A stretch of DNA of 64,000 nucleotides. It comes from Chrysomallon squamiferum. Its lineage: Eukaryota > Animalia > Mollusca. Positions 13,997 through 29,502 of the stretch are shown one piece after another. The position numbers were made by a program, and so were the translations under genes. The DNA is taken from contig CM022679.1 of assembly GCA_012295275.1 (NCBI GenBank), positions 12,710,001 to 12,774,000 of the forward strand. Direction: 5' to 3'. The notes below the pieces were generated by a model. That model ran no database searches. It was not told the DNA's origin and saw only the letters and a program-made list of their open reading frames with translations. Every line of letters starts with the position of its first letter. Positions within the stretch are counted from its first letter, which is position 1.

Positions 13997-15290
13997 ATCC
14001 TTATTTCTTTCTGCTTATTTCAGTATCTTTCTATTTCTCATTTTCTCTTTCTTTCATTCACATCTGTTTTAGAAATCAGTTTATAGGCCAAAATTGTCAT
14101 GCAGATTTTAAAAAAACAAAAATAAAAAAAAACACAAATAAAATCTGATGGAACTAAGGATCAAAAATGAGAAAAACAAGCATGCCGTACAATAACAGAA
14201 ACAGAAAAAACATTCTCATAAAATGCTTACACTTCTTTCAAGCAATAATTTTGTAGTCTGAAATGCTCTTAGGCAGTGATATGAATCGTGATCTTTCGTG
14301 TCATTTTATTCAGAATAATTGTATGCCAAATTGCATTACCAGCATCCTTACAGAACATAATGCCACAGCCAATCAGAAATCAAAATAAATTATTATTAAT
14401 TTTTCTTCCCTGAGGAGATCTGACACAGAATGAACAAATTTCCAGTGTTTGTTTACAACATGCATTATTATCTACAGCCTGACCAAAACACAGCCAGCAT
14501 TACCAAAAATTAATTATTTTGATATCAGTGAGGATTTTAAAAAGCAGGTGTCTGATACTTTTTATTAGTTTTGTTAAAGCAAGCATTGCTTAGAAATCCC
14601 TATCAGTTTGATGTTTTCCAGCAAAGATGACAGAACATGAAACAGTACGTAACCAATACTGTTGTGGGTGTAATAATTACATTGCCAGATATAGAATCAT
14701 AGTTTTTGCTTATTTTGTTGCATTTTTTTTTTAAAGTAAAAGAAAAAAAGTATCAAAATAAATAAATAAATTTTAAAAAAGACATGGTGACAGAAAACAA
14801 ATGAAAAGGAAGGCAAAACTGTTATATAATATTCAGGTTTTTGTTTTCAATCTTTTTTTTTTTTTTATATAAAATCTTTATCTTGATATGTTTTGTTTTC
14901 ACTTTTACATGCTATTATTGATTGCTTTTTGGACCTTCTCTTTATTTATTTTTTTTTCTCTCAAAAGTATCATTATGCATTATGCTTCTTATTTTAAACT
15001 GTATTTACTTGAAACAGGTTACTGGCATCAGTTTTAAGTACATTTACATCACATAACTGCTGACCACAAATTTTGTCACTGATGTTGTCATGATTTCCAG
15101 TCAGACATTCCTGTTTAATTTTATCTGGTATTCACACCAAAGAGTTGTTCCCTTGAATTTTTTCTCAAATAATATGGTTTTATTTGATTTCTCATAAAGA
15201 TTTCTGTTGATAAAAAAAGTTATTTTTGTCTGTAAGTTTTCTCCCAAATATGATTACATTTTACTGATGGGTATGTTTCTCAATATTTAT

Positions 15291-15330
<40 letters not shown>

Positions 15331-17215
15331 ACAAACAAACAATTATTAACTACAAGTTATCATACAAATACCATTATTATTACAGACTTTCTTCCTGTTC
15401 TAATAAAATGTAATATTTACATGAAACAAATTGTGGGGAAGAATTTTTATTACCGATGCCTAATTCTCTTTATGGACCTTTGTTCTGATTTTACATTATT
15501 TACATGAAACCACTGTTTGTCATACCACAGGTTTGTCATACCTCTGTTACTTACAACATATTTCAGTGTATTTACTTCAACAAGTTGTCAGCTACAAGAC
15601 TTTCTCACTAACACTGTGATGTTCCTCTGATTTTGTACAATATTTACATCAAACATTTGTTCACTATGAGGTTTTTTTCCCCATGATTTCGTACAGTATT
15701 TACATCGAACAGTTGTTCACTATCAGTTTTTTGTGTGTTTTTTTTCCCCCTAAGAATAAAATGAATCAGCTACAGGATTATAGGAAAGTCATAAAAGTAA
15801 GTGCTGGAAGAAGTGTTCAATAACAGACGTGAATGACATTGGACATATCCTTCAGGGAGATCATTAATGGAATTAATATGGTTCTTCAGCAAGAAGGTGA
15901 TATACCATATGTTTTATATATATTTTAAATCAATGCAACATGTCTTACATGGAAACATTATTATTATTATAATTTTTTTTTTCTTTTTTAATGTTTTTTA
16001 TTATTATTTTTTTTTTACTTTATTTTATTTTATTTTTTTTTTTTTGTCTTTTATAAAATTATAGTCCATCTACCTTTTTTTATTTCATTATTATTCTTAT
16101 ATTTATTTAATACCTTTGTAACTTAAACATCAGCTTTTAGTATTTTTTTTTTTTTTTTTTCTGTTTCTGTATTTTCTACTTCTCTTTTATGAAATTAGTT
16201 ATTCTGAAACATACAATATATGAGTCTTGGTGAAGCAGATTTGCTTTCTCTGTCTCCATTTATTATCATTTCTTGAGTCATTTCACAGCAAAGTTGTCTA
16301 ACAAACTCAGTTTTGTGGCGATGACATTCATGCTCAGGCATTTCTGCATTTCATCAACTGTCTTGTTTTTGACAAAATTAATTTTTCCTTGCAAATGTAT
16401 ATGAATAATTTTTGGTTCTTCTTTGTAGACAATTGATTTTTCTTGGTCCCAATTTATCAAATGCATTCAGAGAAAAACAAAATATTCTCCCCCACAAAAA
16501 TGTATTTGCCATTCCCAGTTCTGTGAAGAAAGATAATAAAAATAAATGTAATGAATCAGTGCTTTTACAGCATTTGTAAATCAAGTGAAATGGCTAAAAA
16601 GAAAAAGAAATATTCCAAATCTGACAACAGCTTGAAGCAGTTTGTGTATTTTCTGAAATATGTCCATTTTCATTTCACACCACATTTATTCATAATTTTT
16701 CAAAATCTTATACTAAAGCTGTGCTGCTTGCTGGCAGTTTAATCAAGATTAAGAGGACTCTACCTTTTGAATAGTTTGTACTTAATGGTATTTGTTGCAT
16801 ATTTTCAATTTTAAAAAATAAATTTATTATTATAAATTGTTTTTTTATTTATATTATTATTATTATTATTATTTACATATTTATTTATTTATGTTTCTGG
16901 ATTTGGCGGGGGTGTCTTTTGTTTGTTTTGGGTTTTTTTTTTGTGGAGTTACATTTTTAAGAGATGGATGGGGAAATATATATATTTGTTTTTTTAACTT
17001 TTTTTGCAAATGCTTAGTAACAGTTTATCACATAAGTGTTTTTGAATTATGATGATTTAAACAGGTAACCAATCAGTCTGAAAAGAATAATAAATAAATT
17101 ACAAACTGATCCATGTATTACAAAATTATTCCAGGTGATTTCTTAACATGCTGAAAGTGTTTTGAAACCATGTACATAACATGGCTATCACAGTCAATAA
17201 ACAATGCAAACACTA

Positions 17216-17434
<219 letters not shown>

Positions 17435-17623
17435 TTAAGAGGATTTTCACACAATTTCGAATGAAACATATATTCTGAATTTGCCTTGATATGTGTGAGT
17501 GTATGTATATATGAGTGTGCAAACATGTTTATTTGTATGTGTTCTTCATATACTATTTATCAAAGTATACATTTTTGAAACCACATTTTTATTGCCCAGT
17601 GTCATTAAAAATGATTAAATTCA

Positions 17624-17833
<210 letters not shown>

Positions 17834-18618
17834 CTAGGAACCACTAGTTAATTTCATTTGATTAAACTACTGGATGTGAAACACTTGGTAATTCTGGTAT
17901 AAACTTAAAGTTTGCTGAAGAAAGTTCCAGTTTTTTTTCTGTAGAATATATGAATTCTTCCAATTACACAATACTACATACCATGGCCTTAGGATTTAGA
18001 GTACTGGTTAGAACGGAAAATACCTGATGGACAACCAGCACAGTAATGATTATCAGTTAATCATGTTATTCCAAAATTTATCTATATCAATGGGTTAACA
18101 AGAGGCACCAGCCAGTGTGCCAGTGTGGTGATTATACTAGTGGATGTCTTGTCTCACATTAGTCACTAGACTGCATTTGAAAACAGGTCTTAACCTGAGC
18201 CAATATGGGAAATGTGAAACAACTACAGTCTTTTCTTCCATACTAACTCTTTAACATGCTAATACTGGTAAAAACAAGGGAAGAAAATGCAGACTCCTGT
18301 ATTGTGTGTGTGTTTATGCAAGACACAAGTGCTTGAATTTTCTGTTGTTTAAAAACATTTCACAAAATGCATGACTGAGTTACCCCTGGACTTAATATAT
18401 ATGAATTATTTTTAGGCTGAGCTGATTTTTTTCAGGTTTTTTATGCATTTCAAATTATTGTTTAATGTAACAACATTTTATATTTATTTTACATAATGAT
18501 GTATCTACAATATTTAGTTTTCAAAATCTATTTTCCTTAAACATAATAAAATAATTTACATATTTTAAAAAAAAGTTCGATAATAATTTGATTTTCTTTT
18601 TCAATTATGTTCTTAACT

Positions 18619-18656
<38 letters not shown>

Positions 18657-18989
18657 TAATAATAATAATAATATCCATTTTTCGACATCTTGTTCAATAA
18701 GATTAACTTAAAAATCCTATAATTTCTAGCAACCTGTTTCTTCCAAAGCCAGACATATTGATTATAGTCTTCAGCAAAATTGATTAACACCTGTTACAAA
18801 TTGGCAGCACAAGATTTAATTACTTTTCTTGTTTACTCAATAGTTATTGGCTGCATTTCTCATCTCAGCATTTAGTTGTTTTCAGTATGTTTTTAATATT
18901 CTTTATTTGATTAAAATTAATCGAAACGAAATAAGTATTTTAAACTTCCTTTGGGTTGCCATATGGATACAACAAATGAATTATTATTT

Positions 18990-19170
18990 CAGAATACCTT
19001 GACACATTTTATTGTTAATGATTGTAAGGCATCAAGGATATTATTTTATATTATTATTATTTTTTTAGACCTTGAAGGATGACTTGAGAGAGGAGATATT
19101 CCTGTCCATGGTTTACTTTTGCAGATGATCTATTACATGTAAATTCCCTTAGACAGAAAAGCAATGACTT
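18990..19170 (+). mobile_element. Decayed non-LTR (RTE-like) reverse-transcriptase fragment
   Basis: cat caa gga (HQG) near 19030, followed by cca tgg ttt act ttt gca gat gat cta (PWFTFADDL) near 19106, resembling RT motifs QG and FADD; frames are broken. Confidence 0.5.
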
Positions 19171-19330
19171 TGGCCTAATATTACTTCTGAATTTAAAAAT
19201 TAAACATATTAATGTCATTTGATGTCTTTGTTATAATCATTATTATTTGTTTGTTTCTGAAATGTTAATTAAAAATGTCAATAAGTAATTAAATAAAAAA
19301 TACAAAGAAAGTAACACATTACTGACTTAC

Positions 19331-19393
19331 CTATAAATAATTCCTTGTGAATGTAAATAAAAAAGACCAACAGCTACTTCTGCTGCATAAAAT
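19331..19393 (-). CDS. PRKC1: cPKC kinase exon: FYAAEVAVGLFYLHSQGIIY(R), 63 bp, phase 2-2
   Basis: ttttgtag acceptor, gtaagt donor, FYAAE motif. Confidence 0.95.
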   Translation of the reverse strand: MLCSRSSCWSFLFTFTRNYL

Positions 19394-20208
19394 CTACAAA
19401 AGACATAATAATAATAATAATAACAACAACAACAACAACAACAATGATAACAACAACATTCATTAACAAAATTTAATTTACCTTATAAACTTAATTAGTT
19501 TTGTATAAAAGATCAATTTCCAACTCCTAATGTTACATTAATTTCTGTTTTATTATTATTATTAGACACTGACTAAATACTAATATTTGTAATACTGGCC
19601 GCTAATTTTAATTTCTACTTTGTTGTAGTTTGAAGTCTGACTGAATATTAATAGGTTGACTTCTATTTTGTTTTACTAGTTTCAACTTTGTTATGGATAA
19701 ATTGATATTCCTTGCACCAAAATTTTTGTTTTACTGCTTTCTACTTTGTTACAGTTAGAAGTCTGACTGAATATTAACACAATGACTTCTATTTTGTCAT
19801 ACAAAGTTCTGTTCTGCTAAAGTCAGATTAGTATTCCCCATATTCCAATTTCTACATTGTTTAACTACTTTATTACAGAAACATTAATATTTAACATGTG
19901 GACGTACACTTTATTTTACTAATTTACAATACTGGCTTTTCATGATAATCATATCTGTGTTGTAGATAAGAATTTTAACCATAATTAAAATGCTTTAACT
20001 TTGCTATATAAAAAAAAAAATAATTAAGATTTAAAATAGTAACTTCTACTGTTAAATATATTAATTTGGTCGTTGTTATGGATAAAGATTTCAAGTACTA
20101 TTCAATATTCTGGCTTGTCATATAATTTTAATTAATATATAACACACTAATTAAAGTTTTAATATATTAATTTCTTTTTTATATATAACAACAACAACAA
20201 TGACTTAC

Positions 20209-20300
20209 GCTGCTACAGGCTCTTTGAATTTCCCTTCTTGTTGGATTCGATACATTAAGTCACCTCCATTAACATATTCCATCACAAAGTAAAGTCGATC
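20209..20300 (-). CDS. PRKC1: cPKC kinase exon: [30 protein letters not shown](A), 92 bp, phase 0-2
   Basis: ttccag acceptor, gtaagt donor, [13 protein letters not shown] motif. Confidence 0.96.
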
Positions 20301-22992
20301 CTGGAAATTAAAAGAACATTTATAATTTATTTAATATCACATTTGAAAAATATAGACTAATATTTATATAACAACACTACCAGAAAACTATATTATATAA
20401 ACATCAGTTATCAACATCTGTGTAAAAAATAACTGTTAACTCCTATTTGTTTATATTCAAATTAAAATTGAATAAAATGGCAGAGTTATATTTGAATGAA
20501 AATAAAAGATATTGTGCATGTTGGGACAAATAAAGGTATACATTCACACATTTAGCTATATTCCATTACACTGTGTGTATTTCACAAATACAATATCTAC
20601 AATATAGCAAAATATTAAGTATTTTAATATGTCAGTATTTTATGAAAGTTAAGCAGTGGATCCCATGTTGTTATAAAAGACAAAAATCAACACCTATGGA
20701 TCATTTCAGCAAAGGGGACAACAAGATTAAATTAGAACAAGATAAAAAAATAAAAAAAGCAGAATCAAAATCTTTAACCTAGCTGAACTGAAAACCTCTC
20801 TGTTTACATAAAGTCTTAAGAATTCTTTATAGGAATATCAACGTTAAACAAAATACGGCTAATTAACAGCAAGCAAATTGTAACAAGTAAAACATCCTTT
20901 AATACACACTGCCAGCTTCTTTCTCACATTCTGGAGCATCCAGGATTTGCTGTTGTCTTCTGTCCTGGATCAATACCTCTACAGCGGACACAATATGTCA
21001 ACATTGAGGCCCCAGGATGGTATCTCTCTTCTCCCCAGAGGATACAGGCCATATTATAATTGATAATGCACTGTTCAAATACAGCTGACAAGGAACATGA
21101 CCCCAGTGTCACAGGGAATATTCTAATGAAGTAGTGTACTACAAGCAAGTACATCAAACAGATCAAACAAATTAGACTATTCAGTGCTGGAGGTGCTGGA
21201 GTGTTTAGATAATGATAAATGTTTATTTTAAAATGATTTAATATTTTAATGTCTTAATGCCAAAAAAAAAAAAAAAAAAAAAAAAAAAAACAGATTGAAG
21301 TAATTATAAAGAAATTTTGATAGTTAATATAAATAAATGTCAATATTTTGTTTTGATAATGTAACAGTTAATAAAAAATTACTTAGCACTTTAATGTTGA
21401 TGATTCAATATATATATGTGTGTGTGTGTGTACCCAAATTATATATTTATTTTTTGTTTCTATATTGTTTTTATTTTTTATTATTTTATTTTATTTTATT
21501 TTATTCTTTATTTTTTTAACGTTATACATATGACCAAAAAATAAATTTCCCTCTCAAACTGTGTGTGCTGTCCTTGAGAATGTGAACTGTTTGATTCTTT
21601 TAATCAAACCTCTGTCTAGAGTCTCCAGACCATGCATTGCTGAGCTGATGAACAGTAATAACTGACAATGGTTCAGTAAAGGGGAAAAACAAATTTATCT
21701 TAAGTCATTATCTGGGTAAGGCTTCAAACAACAATGGCTTGTTTAGAATGAATCTACTTGGCTAGTTATAATAATGTTGAGAAAAAACACCAACCAATTG
21801 AAACAGGCTCACTGAAGATTGAAGCATGTTTCTCCTGGGCTCATAGTACAAAATATTTGGTTGTCTTCTTTATCAGTATTATTATATTAAATGGTAAATC
21901 AGAAAGCAGATACGATAAAGTATTTTTAGACCTTGTTGATAATTCTGGATATGAATGAGGACATGGATTGATCAGTATCCAAGACATTTGTTTGTCTGAC
22001 AAATTCAGTATCAGTAATCAAATGATAGGTTAGAAGGAAGAAAGGATGTAATGTGTTTAGATCTTGCCAACAAGGATTCTGGATAAGAATCAGTAGAACA
22101 GATCCCATCTGACCCTCTCTCATCCCATAAAGTATTCAGTGACTGCTTCAGCACAAGCTGCAAAATGAGCTCTCCTGTTTCATGGAAGGTGCAATTGAAA
22201 CAGGCTCAACAAAAGAATAACCCATCACATAAACAGGCTAGGTTTCCTTTTTCATTATCTGTATGTGTTTAAGTCATAGGTATGATGCCATGTAATTGCA
22301 GATTAAAAATGTATTGATTTCATTATTAAATATAATGGGGTTTTTTTTTTCCCTTTTTTATCAGTCTTATTTGCTATTAATTTATTCACAACATCTTTGA
22401 GGATGACTGAAAAACAGAGAGTTTTTAATCTAAGGGTTAGTCTTAAGTTAGGGGAAAGTATAAAAAAAAAAAAATGGTTGAACTAAGAATCAGATGCCAA
22501 ATATATTAGCAACAGAATCAGTTGAAGATATGCCTGTTGTTTGAAAATGGATAAATTATAATGAATTCTGGAGAAATACTACTGCTAAAGAAATAGTCTT
22601 AGCCTTGAGAAAAACAATAACTGTCTTTACCCTCCAGTCAACGTTAAAGAAATATATAGATTTATTCCAGCTGTTTTACTGTGTAGGTGGGATTTTTTCT
22701 CTCCTTTCTTTCTTTTATTACTGCTATGAAAGGTAATTAAAGAAATCACATGCCAAACAGTGGAGCAGCAGCCTAAGATAACTAAGATCAATATAATTAG
22801 CTATCTGAAAGAGTTGAGAGAAAAAAGGAACCTTTGCCGTGTGACAGTGTTGAAATAGAGAAAATCCAATAAAACTGGTGAATTACTGAGCTATTGTTTT
22901 CAAGCTGTACAGTAAAGAGTATGGGAGGAAAAGAAAAGGAAATATAATATTGTTAATTTGATATTTTATCACAGATGGATTATTGTTCAGTA

Positions 22993-23023
<31 letters not shown>

Positions 23024-23772
23024 ATATGAAAATAAAAATAAAAATGATTTGTAAATTCCAGTAAGAATTTGTTTAGATTGTGAGACTGGGATTTTATAAG
23101 AAGAGTCTAACATACTAAAAATTTATGTTTTGGTGTCTTTGAAGAACTCTGGTTTGAGATCATGTGGCCAGATTTTAATAAAAACGAAAAAGTGGCCATT
23201 TTAAAATTTAAACAAATATCACTTTTTTCAAATATCTGAATAATAATACTAAATCCAAATGTTTCAATGAAGCATCATCTAAAAACAAACTATCATTTAA
23301 GTAATGAGAATTAAAATTTTTGCAATACCTTTCTTGCCTCATGAGAATATCTGTTAATGAATGGTAAATATCAATGTTTATTGTTAATATAATATTTGGC
23401 AGATATCCCATTATTATTAACAAATTAGTTAAGTACAAAATCTTTCAGAGACATTATGACCTAAAGACATAGTTTTATAATTAATAAACTGCATTAAAAT
23501 AATGCCTCAGACTAACCAAAAGACCAGGTTTTGTTGTCTGTGAAGTGCATAATTCAAACAATATTTTTTTTTTTTAAATACTATCTCAGGACACCTTGTG
23601 GCATAATAATACAGTCTTACATTCAGTAAATTTGGATAACAATTATTTTAATATGACCTCAGAATAATTTAGTGTCACAGTTTCACTATATGTAAATTCA
23701 AATAAATAAATAAATAAATAAATAAGTGACTTCAGGTTAAGGATGTAGTAAGCTGTGAATAAAAGGTCTCAC

Positions 23773-23946
23773 CATTGTCTGAAAACATGAGTGGAGTTGA
23801 ACAAGGAATGGTGGTTTGTTTGGGAGGGCAAGAACCCGTTTTTCTATCATTGTACATTCAACATCATCATCCTGAATGATGACATCTTTCTTCAAAATTT
23901 TCACTGCATAAAGTTCATCTGTGCCTTTCCTTTCTGCTAAAACTAC
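23773..23946 (-). CDS. PRKC1: cPKC kinase exon: [58 protein letters not shown], 174 bp
   Basis: Lies within ORF 23737..23970; ttgcag acceptor, gtgaga donor; catalytic Lys motif. Confidence 0.97.
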
Positions 23947-24143
23947 CTGCAACACAATGAACAATAACACTGAGATTTGTATGTAAGAATTTGCTTATAT
24001 TAATTTAGAAAAAGGAAAGGTTAAAAAACAAGATTGGGTTTGTGTTTTAGACAAACAGAACAGACACATAGACAGATGTATTTATTTAAATTTCCATTTA
24101 CACACATACACACAAACTACATACATATATATATATATATACA

Positions 24144-24176
<33 letters not shown>

Positions 24177-26152
24177 GTACATCCACCTATATATGTATAT
24201 ATACAAAAGCCAATACACACATACATGTACATAAACATACACATACTTACATAGATACTTACATGCATACATAATTATATACACGCACATACGCATACAA
24301 ACACAAATGCATAAACATACAAATAAACACAGATGATACATATAAAGAAATAAAGAAAGACAGAAACAGTATAAGGTTGTTGCCTGTATGCATAATAATC
24401 AGTCATCCATTTTTAAAAGGTGTGATTATGATACTCAGCTTAAGTATACTTTACTGAATGTACAAATATAACTAAAATAGGTTCAGAACTGTGTAATATA
24501 AATTTACTGTAATATTATTTTATGATGTTTGTCATTAGCAAACAACAATTTGTTTCAAAAGTGCACATTTTCTTACTGATCAAACAATGTCAGAATATTC
24601 ACTGACATTAAGTCATTTATAATGAGAATACAAAAACAGCATTCAAGAGAATTACAGTGTTTGTCCATCCCATAATAACTATGAAAGTTTCCATACAGAA
24701 ACCTAAGAATTAAAAACTTGTATATCACACATAGTCATTTAATATGACATTTTCCATCCAGCTTCACTGCTAACAAATACATATGGTCATTGAACCCTTA
24801 TTTTTATTTTTTCTGCATTATTACTTTTAAAATATTATATCAAGTGACAGAATGAGACAGTATCAGGTGTCCTGCATGGAATTTTCCTCTCTGGAAAGTA
24901 ATAATGTGAGGAAACTGTAAGCAATATAACACTGGAGTAGGACACAATAATGATAGATTGTTTTGTGTGTGGGGTAATAAACTGCTTCTGGTGGCAGTAG
25001 CTAATGGAACCATATCATTAGCCCTGTTGATGATGTACTCCAGCAATTCAGTTTATAACACTCTGTGATGTGACAGAAGTAAACACCAAACTCACACGTC
25101 TATCACATAAAACAGACACTGACATACATATTATAAAATTTTAATTTAAAAAATAAGAAAAAGCCAGTCTTGCAGAAAGACACACCAACATACACACGAA
25201 TGCAACAACAACAACAAAGAAAAGACAGCAAACAACTTACATTAACAATTTATAAATTCATCTACATTAACTTTTTTGAACTCAGAGCATTTTTCTATCC
25301 AGCTTATAAGAATACAACATTTAATACAATTTTTAAAAGAAGATAATGGTAATACAATAATATAAAAGCATGAAACTACATAAAATATTAAATACAATGT
25401 TCATGATTAAATTTCATCATATGTACATTTTTTTCATACCCCAGCTTTTAAAAAATGTTTTTGAAAGAACTGAATCAGAAAATTTCTACCTGAGAAATAC
25501 CATGATAAAAACATTATATATTTATAAACAGTAATTACTTCACTACATAATTCATTGTATTAATACTTCTATGACCAATATAAAAGTTAATCCTAGGGTT
25601 CAATATTCAAAATTATTCGAAAACTGGTGCATTAAAAAAAGACAAAAAAAAAGACTGAGTTAAATGTTTGATATCTGATATAAAGATACTAAATTATAAA
25701 TTTGAACTTTTAAAACCAGCATAATTTCTCGAAAAACTTTTGTCAAACGTAACATGTTTATGTGTGTGTTTGTTAGAAAGGTCATTTAACTCATTTTTGT
25801 TCAGTCCATCAATCTTTATGCTTCTGTTATGTTTTTACTGTTGTTGTTTGACATACAAAAATACATTAATGTTAGTGTTTCCGATTATTAATTTTTGTAA
25901 CTGTTTTTTTTTTTCTTCTTTTAATTTCACATTTTAAAATAATAATCAATATCTATCCTGGTTTGACAAAGACAAGATGAATTAAAAAATGCTTCATATG
26001 TGAGATTAAAACAAAGAAATTAATAAATAAATAACATTATTTTAGTATTCCGTCTTCTACACTTGTGACCTTTTTGAGTATAGTGTTAAATTCTGAATGT
26101 GGGGTTAACATGAACAACAAAAATGTTAGAAGTGAAAGACACTACTACTTAC

Positions 26153-26278
26153 TTTGCCAAAACTACCTTTGCCTAGAACTGTTAAAAAGTTGAAATCACT
26201 AGCTCTCACTATGTCTTGCCGACTTGTGTTCTTTGCATTATCAGAGGGAATTGCTCGTTTTTCATTTCTTTCTTGCCT
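26153..26278 (-). CDS. PRKC1: cPKC exon, hinge and Gly-rich loop: RQERNEKRAIPSDNAKNTSRQDIVRASDFNFLTVLGKGSFGK, 126 bp, phase 0-0
   Basis: tttcag acceptor, gtaagt donor, DFNFLxVLGKGSFGK motif. Confidence 0.95.
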
Positions 26279-28032
26279 CTGAAAGTAAATAATATAAATA
26301 ATTTAAATAATAATAATAATAAAGAAGAAAAATATTAAGATGATGATGAAGAACTTTAGGAGTAATAATACGCAAAAATAGTTATTATGACAAATAATAA
26401 TAATAATAATAATAACTACAGTAAAAAAGTGCCAAAACATTTCTTTTTTTTAAAATATTTTTAAAATAATAGGAAGACCAAATCAAATAACTTGAGGATA
26501 AAATGAATATCACAAATATAGCATACTGGACTAATTAACAAAAAAATAAATGTTGAAAAGAAATGTATCTACCAACAGCAACGTACAGCATAATGTCCTC
26601 ATTAACAAAAATTATGTTAGAGACAAATGATGTCTACAAACTCAAAAGTAAACACCAATACAAAAAAAAAAAAAAAAGTAAACTAACCTCATCATCAATG
26701 ACCATTGCAGTTATTAGTAAAATATCTCAACACAGTATATTATAAAGTTTAAATCCTCTTTCTCTTGAATCTGAAGAGTTTTTATCTCTAACAAACAGCT
26801 CACTTGCAGACAAACAATTAGCTTGTTAAAGCCACGCAATAGATATTATACCGCATCAGACAGGACAAATATGTTACACCTCTGAGTGTTAGATAAGAAA
26901 TGGCAACATTTTTCATTTACATACTTATTTGTCCATCAATTATTTATGGAATTAACCAAATGTGTGCAAGAACACCCCATAAACACACTTGTTATGCGCA
27001 AAAGTCATGAACATTTTCCATTCCAGTGGTATTACATGGCCGCAACATGTGGACCTGTGATGTAATTATTGCCAGTAGTGCTGTCAGACAATAGAGCATT
27101 TTGCCATTAATCAGCCATTAATTTCTCAATGTGACCAACTGGCTGTAGACTTATTGGTTTAAAGCTGCATGAAATTCCATCACGCAAATTAGATAATTTG
27201 ATTTGAAAGCCTTTAGAACAACATGCTGCATTGTTTGTGTTTTAATTTCTTTTTTCCCCTAATTTTTTTTTTTTTTTTTTATTTTACAAGCTTCATTGGT
27301 TCTCCTGTCAAAGTGTCAGACTCACTGGCACGGGGTCAAATCTTAGTTCAGGACTGTCATTTAACATCCAAATTAAAGCCACAACAGAGATTGATAACCT
27401 ACTAACAACTTTAATTTTTTGATTAACAGAATACAACACTGGTTTAATCATGTATTATCATGTGCCATGATTCCAATTATACAATAGTCTTATTGTCAAT
27501 AACTATTACAAAATTACACCAAATTACACAAACAATTAAAGTATTATAAAAGTAAACTGTAAAATGTTATCCTATCAGCCAAAATTGGTCACCAATGACA
27601 ATTACAGTATTATATAAATTAGCAGTTAAGAATCTTTTGTGTATTTTTCCACAAGAAAGAAAACAAACACACCACAACATTTTAATAAATCAGCTGTATT
27701 GCATTGGGTGGAATGGGAATTAGCTCAATGAGTGCTCTCAGAAGAACTGATCCTTTCATCTACCATAGACAAGATATACAATATACCAAGATTAAATTCT
27801 GTATTTGTTGTTTTTAGAAAAGAGAACAGAAACAAAACAGAAAGAAAAATAGAAAGAAATAAAACAGAAATTTACATCAACTTGTTATCAGTTGTTAATA
27901 TTATCTGACACTATATGCTGAATGAATTTTTTTTTTTTAAAATACAGCACAAATATTTAAAGAAAAAAAATACACCATGACATAAGCAACAAGTAACAGC
28001 TAACAAAGAAAGGAAAGAAAAGAAAGAATCAC

Positions 28033-28269
28033 CTGAACTTGAAGTTTGTTTTTGAGCTCTTCAATTGTGGGTTCAATTTCATCACTAACTGGTATCCCAT
28101 AAAACTCCCCTCCTCCTGGCTGAGCAGTTTGAACCAGCCATCAGCTGGATTCTTTATCACCTCGGAGATGCCAAAAGACAGGGAACCCATAAAATCATTT
28201 CGAGTTGTCCTGTCCCAGTCCCAGATCTCCAGGGACAGTCTTTTTGAAGCATCTTCAGGTGTAAGATCA
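28033..28269 (-). CDS. PRKC1: cPKC exon, end of C2 and hinge: [79 protein letters not shown]; has a 1-bp deletion at 28107-28110
   Basis: ctccacag acceptor, CAG|gtgatt donor. Length is 237 bp where flanking phases (2 and 0) need 238. cPKC similarity switches frame at a run of four G. Confidence 0.9.
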
Positions 28270-29345
28270 CTGTGGAGGAGTATAATAAAATTGTTTTGTA
28301 GTTTTATTGTCTGTGTGTGTAATTACACTAGTCCTACTGTTAGTAAGTATACAAAATTACACCACAGTCTTACACAAATAATTAAAGTATTATAAAATTA
28401 CATTACATTTTGTCATATGACTTAAACTGCTGAATGCAGTCAAACTGATATTAATGGATCAGAATGCTGGCAGTAATAATTAAGGTTTGAAAAATACTGA
28501 TTGATTTTAAAAAGAAAGTGATAGACCCTGTTTTGAGAGAAAAACATTACTGAAAAATTTCATAGCTGCAGGTGAAAAATATAAATGGATTAATGATTAT
28601 AATGCTGACAGAATTTGAATATTAATTTAACTTTTATAAACAATTCTCTGTATGGAACATTATTCAATGGTTGGGAAATAGCAATAATTTTGGAAGCAGT
28701 TCACAGATTTGCATATTTCTGGTATAATTTAAAAGCACAGTTGTATACACACTAAATACCAAACAATTTTTAATAATAAATAAAGCAATTTTAAAGACTC
28801 ATTTTATAATAGAAAATGTGTTGCATTCAGCACTCTTTGGGCTATTCTTTATGATTAATGCCAACAAAACTTTTATACACAGGTTGTTTCAAACAGGTAA
28901 GCACATACCATTGCCTTTCATTACATCAGTCATTTCAGTGACAATTTCTTCTGATGTAATAATTCTGATGGAAGAAATCTGTTGCTGAATCTTTTATGTA
29001 ACGTTATGTATTTTGTAATAAAAATAAACATGATGGAGATACAGACATAAAATATTGATTGGAAAATTAATGAATCACACATGGCAGTCACATTTCTTCA
29101 TAATAAATTTAATATGTGCTAAAACAAAGTAATAATAATTTTTTAAAAAGTAAGACAAAGAAATGAAAAGAAAAGATTTTTACATTCAATTAAATTATTT
29201 TCAAAATAATAATAATAATAATAAAAAATTATCTGAAATGTATTAAACTGGAATTATAAGTAAAAAAAAAAAAAAAAAAATTAAAAAACATCCCTGTCAG
29301 AGGTAATTCAGAACAAATGAATATTTTATAAATGTTTTTTCTTAC

Positions 29346-29502
29346 AATGTAAAAGATTCATTCCATATTGGATTTAGAGTGGCCTTCACTGTCCTAGTTT
29401 TCTTCTTTGTTTTGTTACTTTCATCAGGAATGAGTTTCACTTTGCAGTAAGGGTCAGCAAGTCCATTTGGGTCCATGGGAGGCAAGTTTCGAGCTTCTCT
29501 TA
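29346..29502 (-). CDS. PRKC1: cPKC exon, C2 domain: (V)[51 protein letters not shown](F), 157 bp, phase 1-2
   Basis: tttcag acceptor, gtaaga donor, C2 Ca2+ loop 1 and lysine-rich cluster. Confidence 0.95.

Noticed and set aside
20920-23450. GC-richer intronic blocks as TE coding remnants
   Set aside because: No RT, transposase or integrase motifs could be recognised by eye; left unclassified
28039-28395. 118-aa plus-strand ORF
   Set aside because: Antisense shadow of the PKC C2/hinge exon; useful only for confirming the base count at the frameshift
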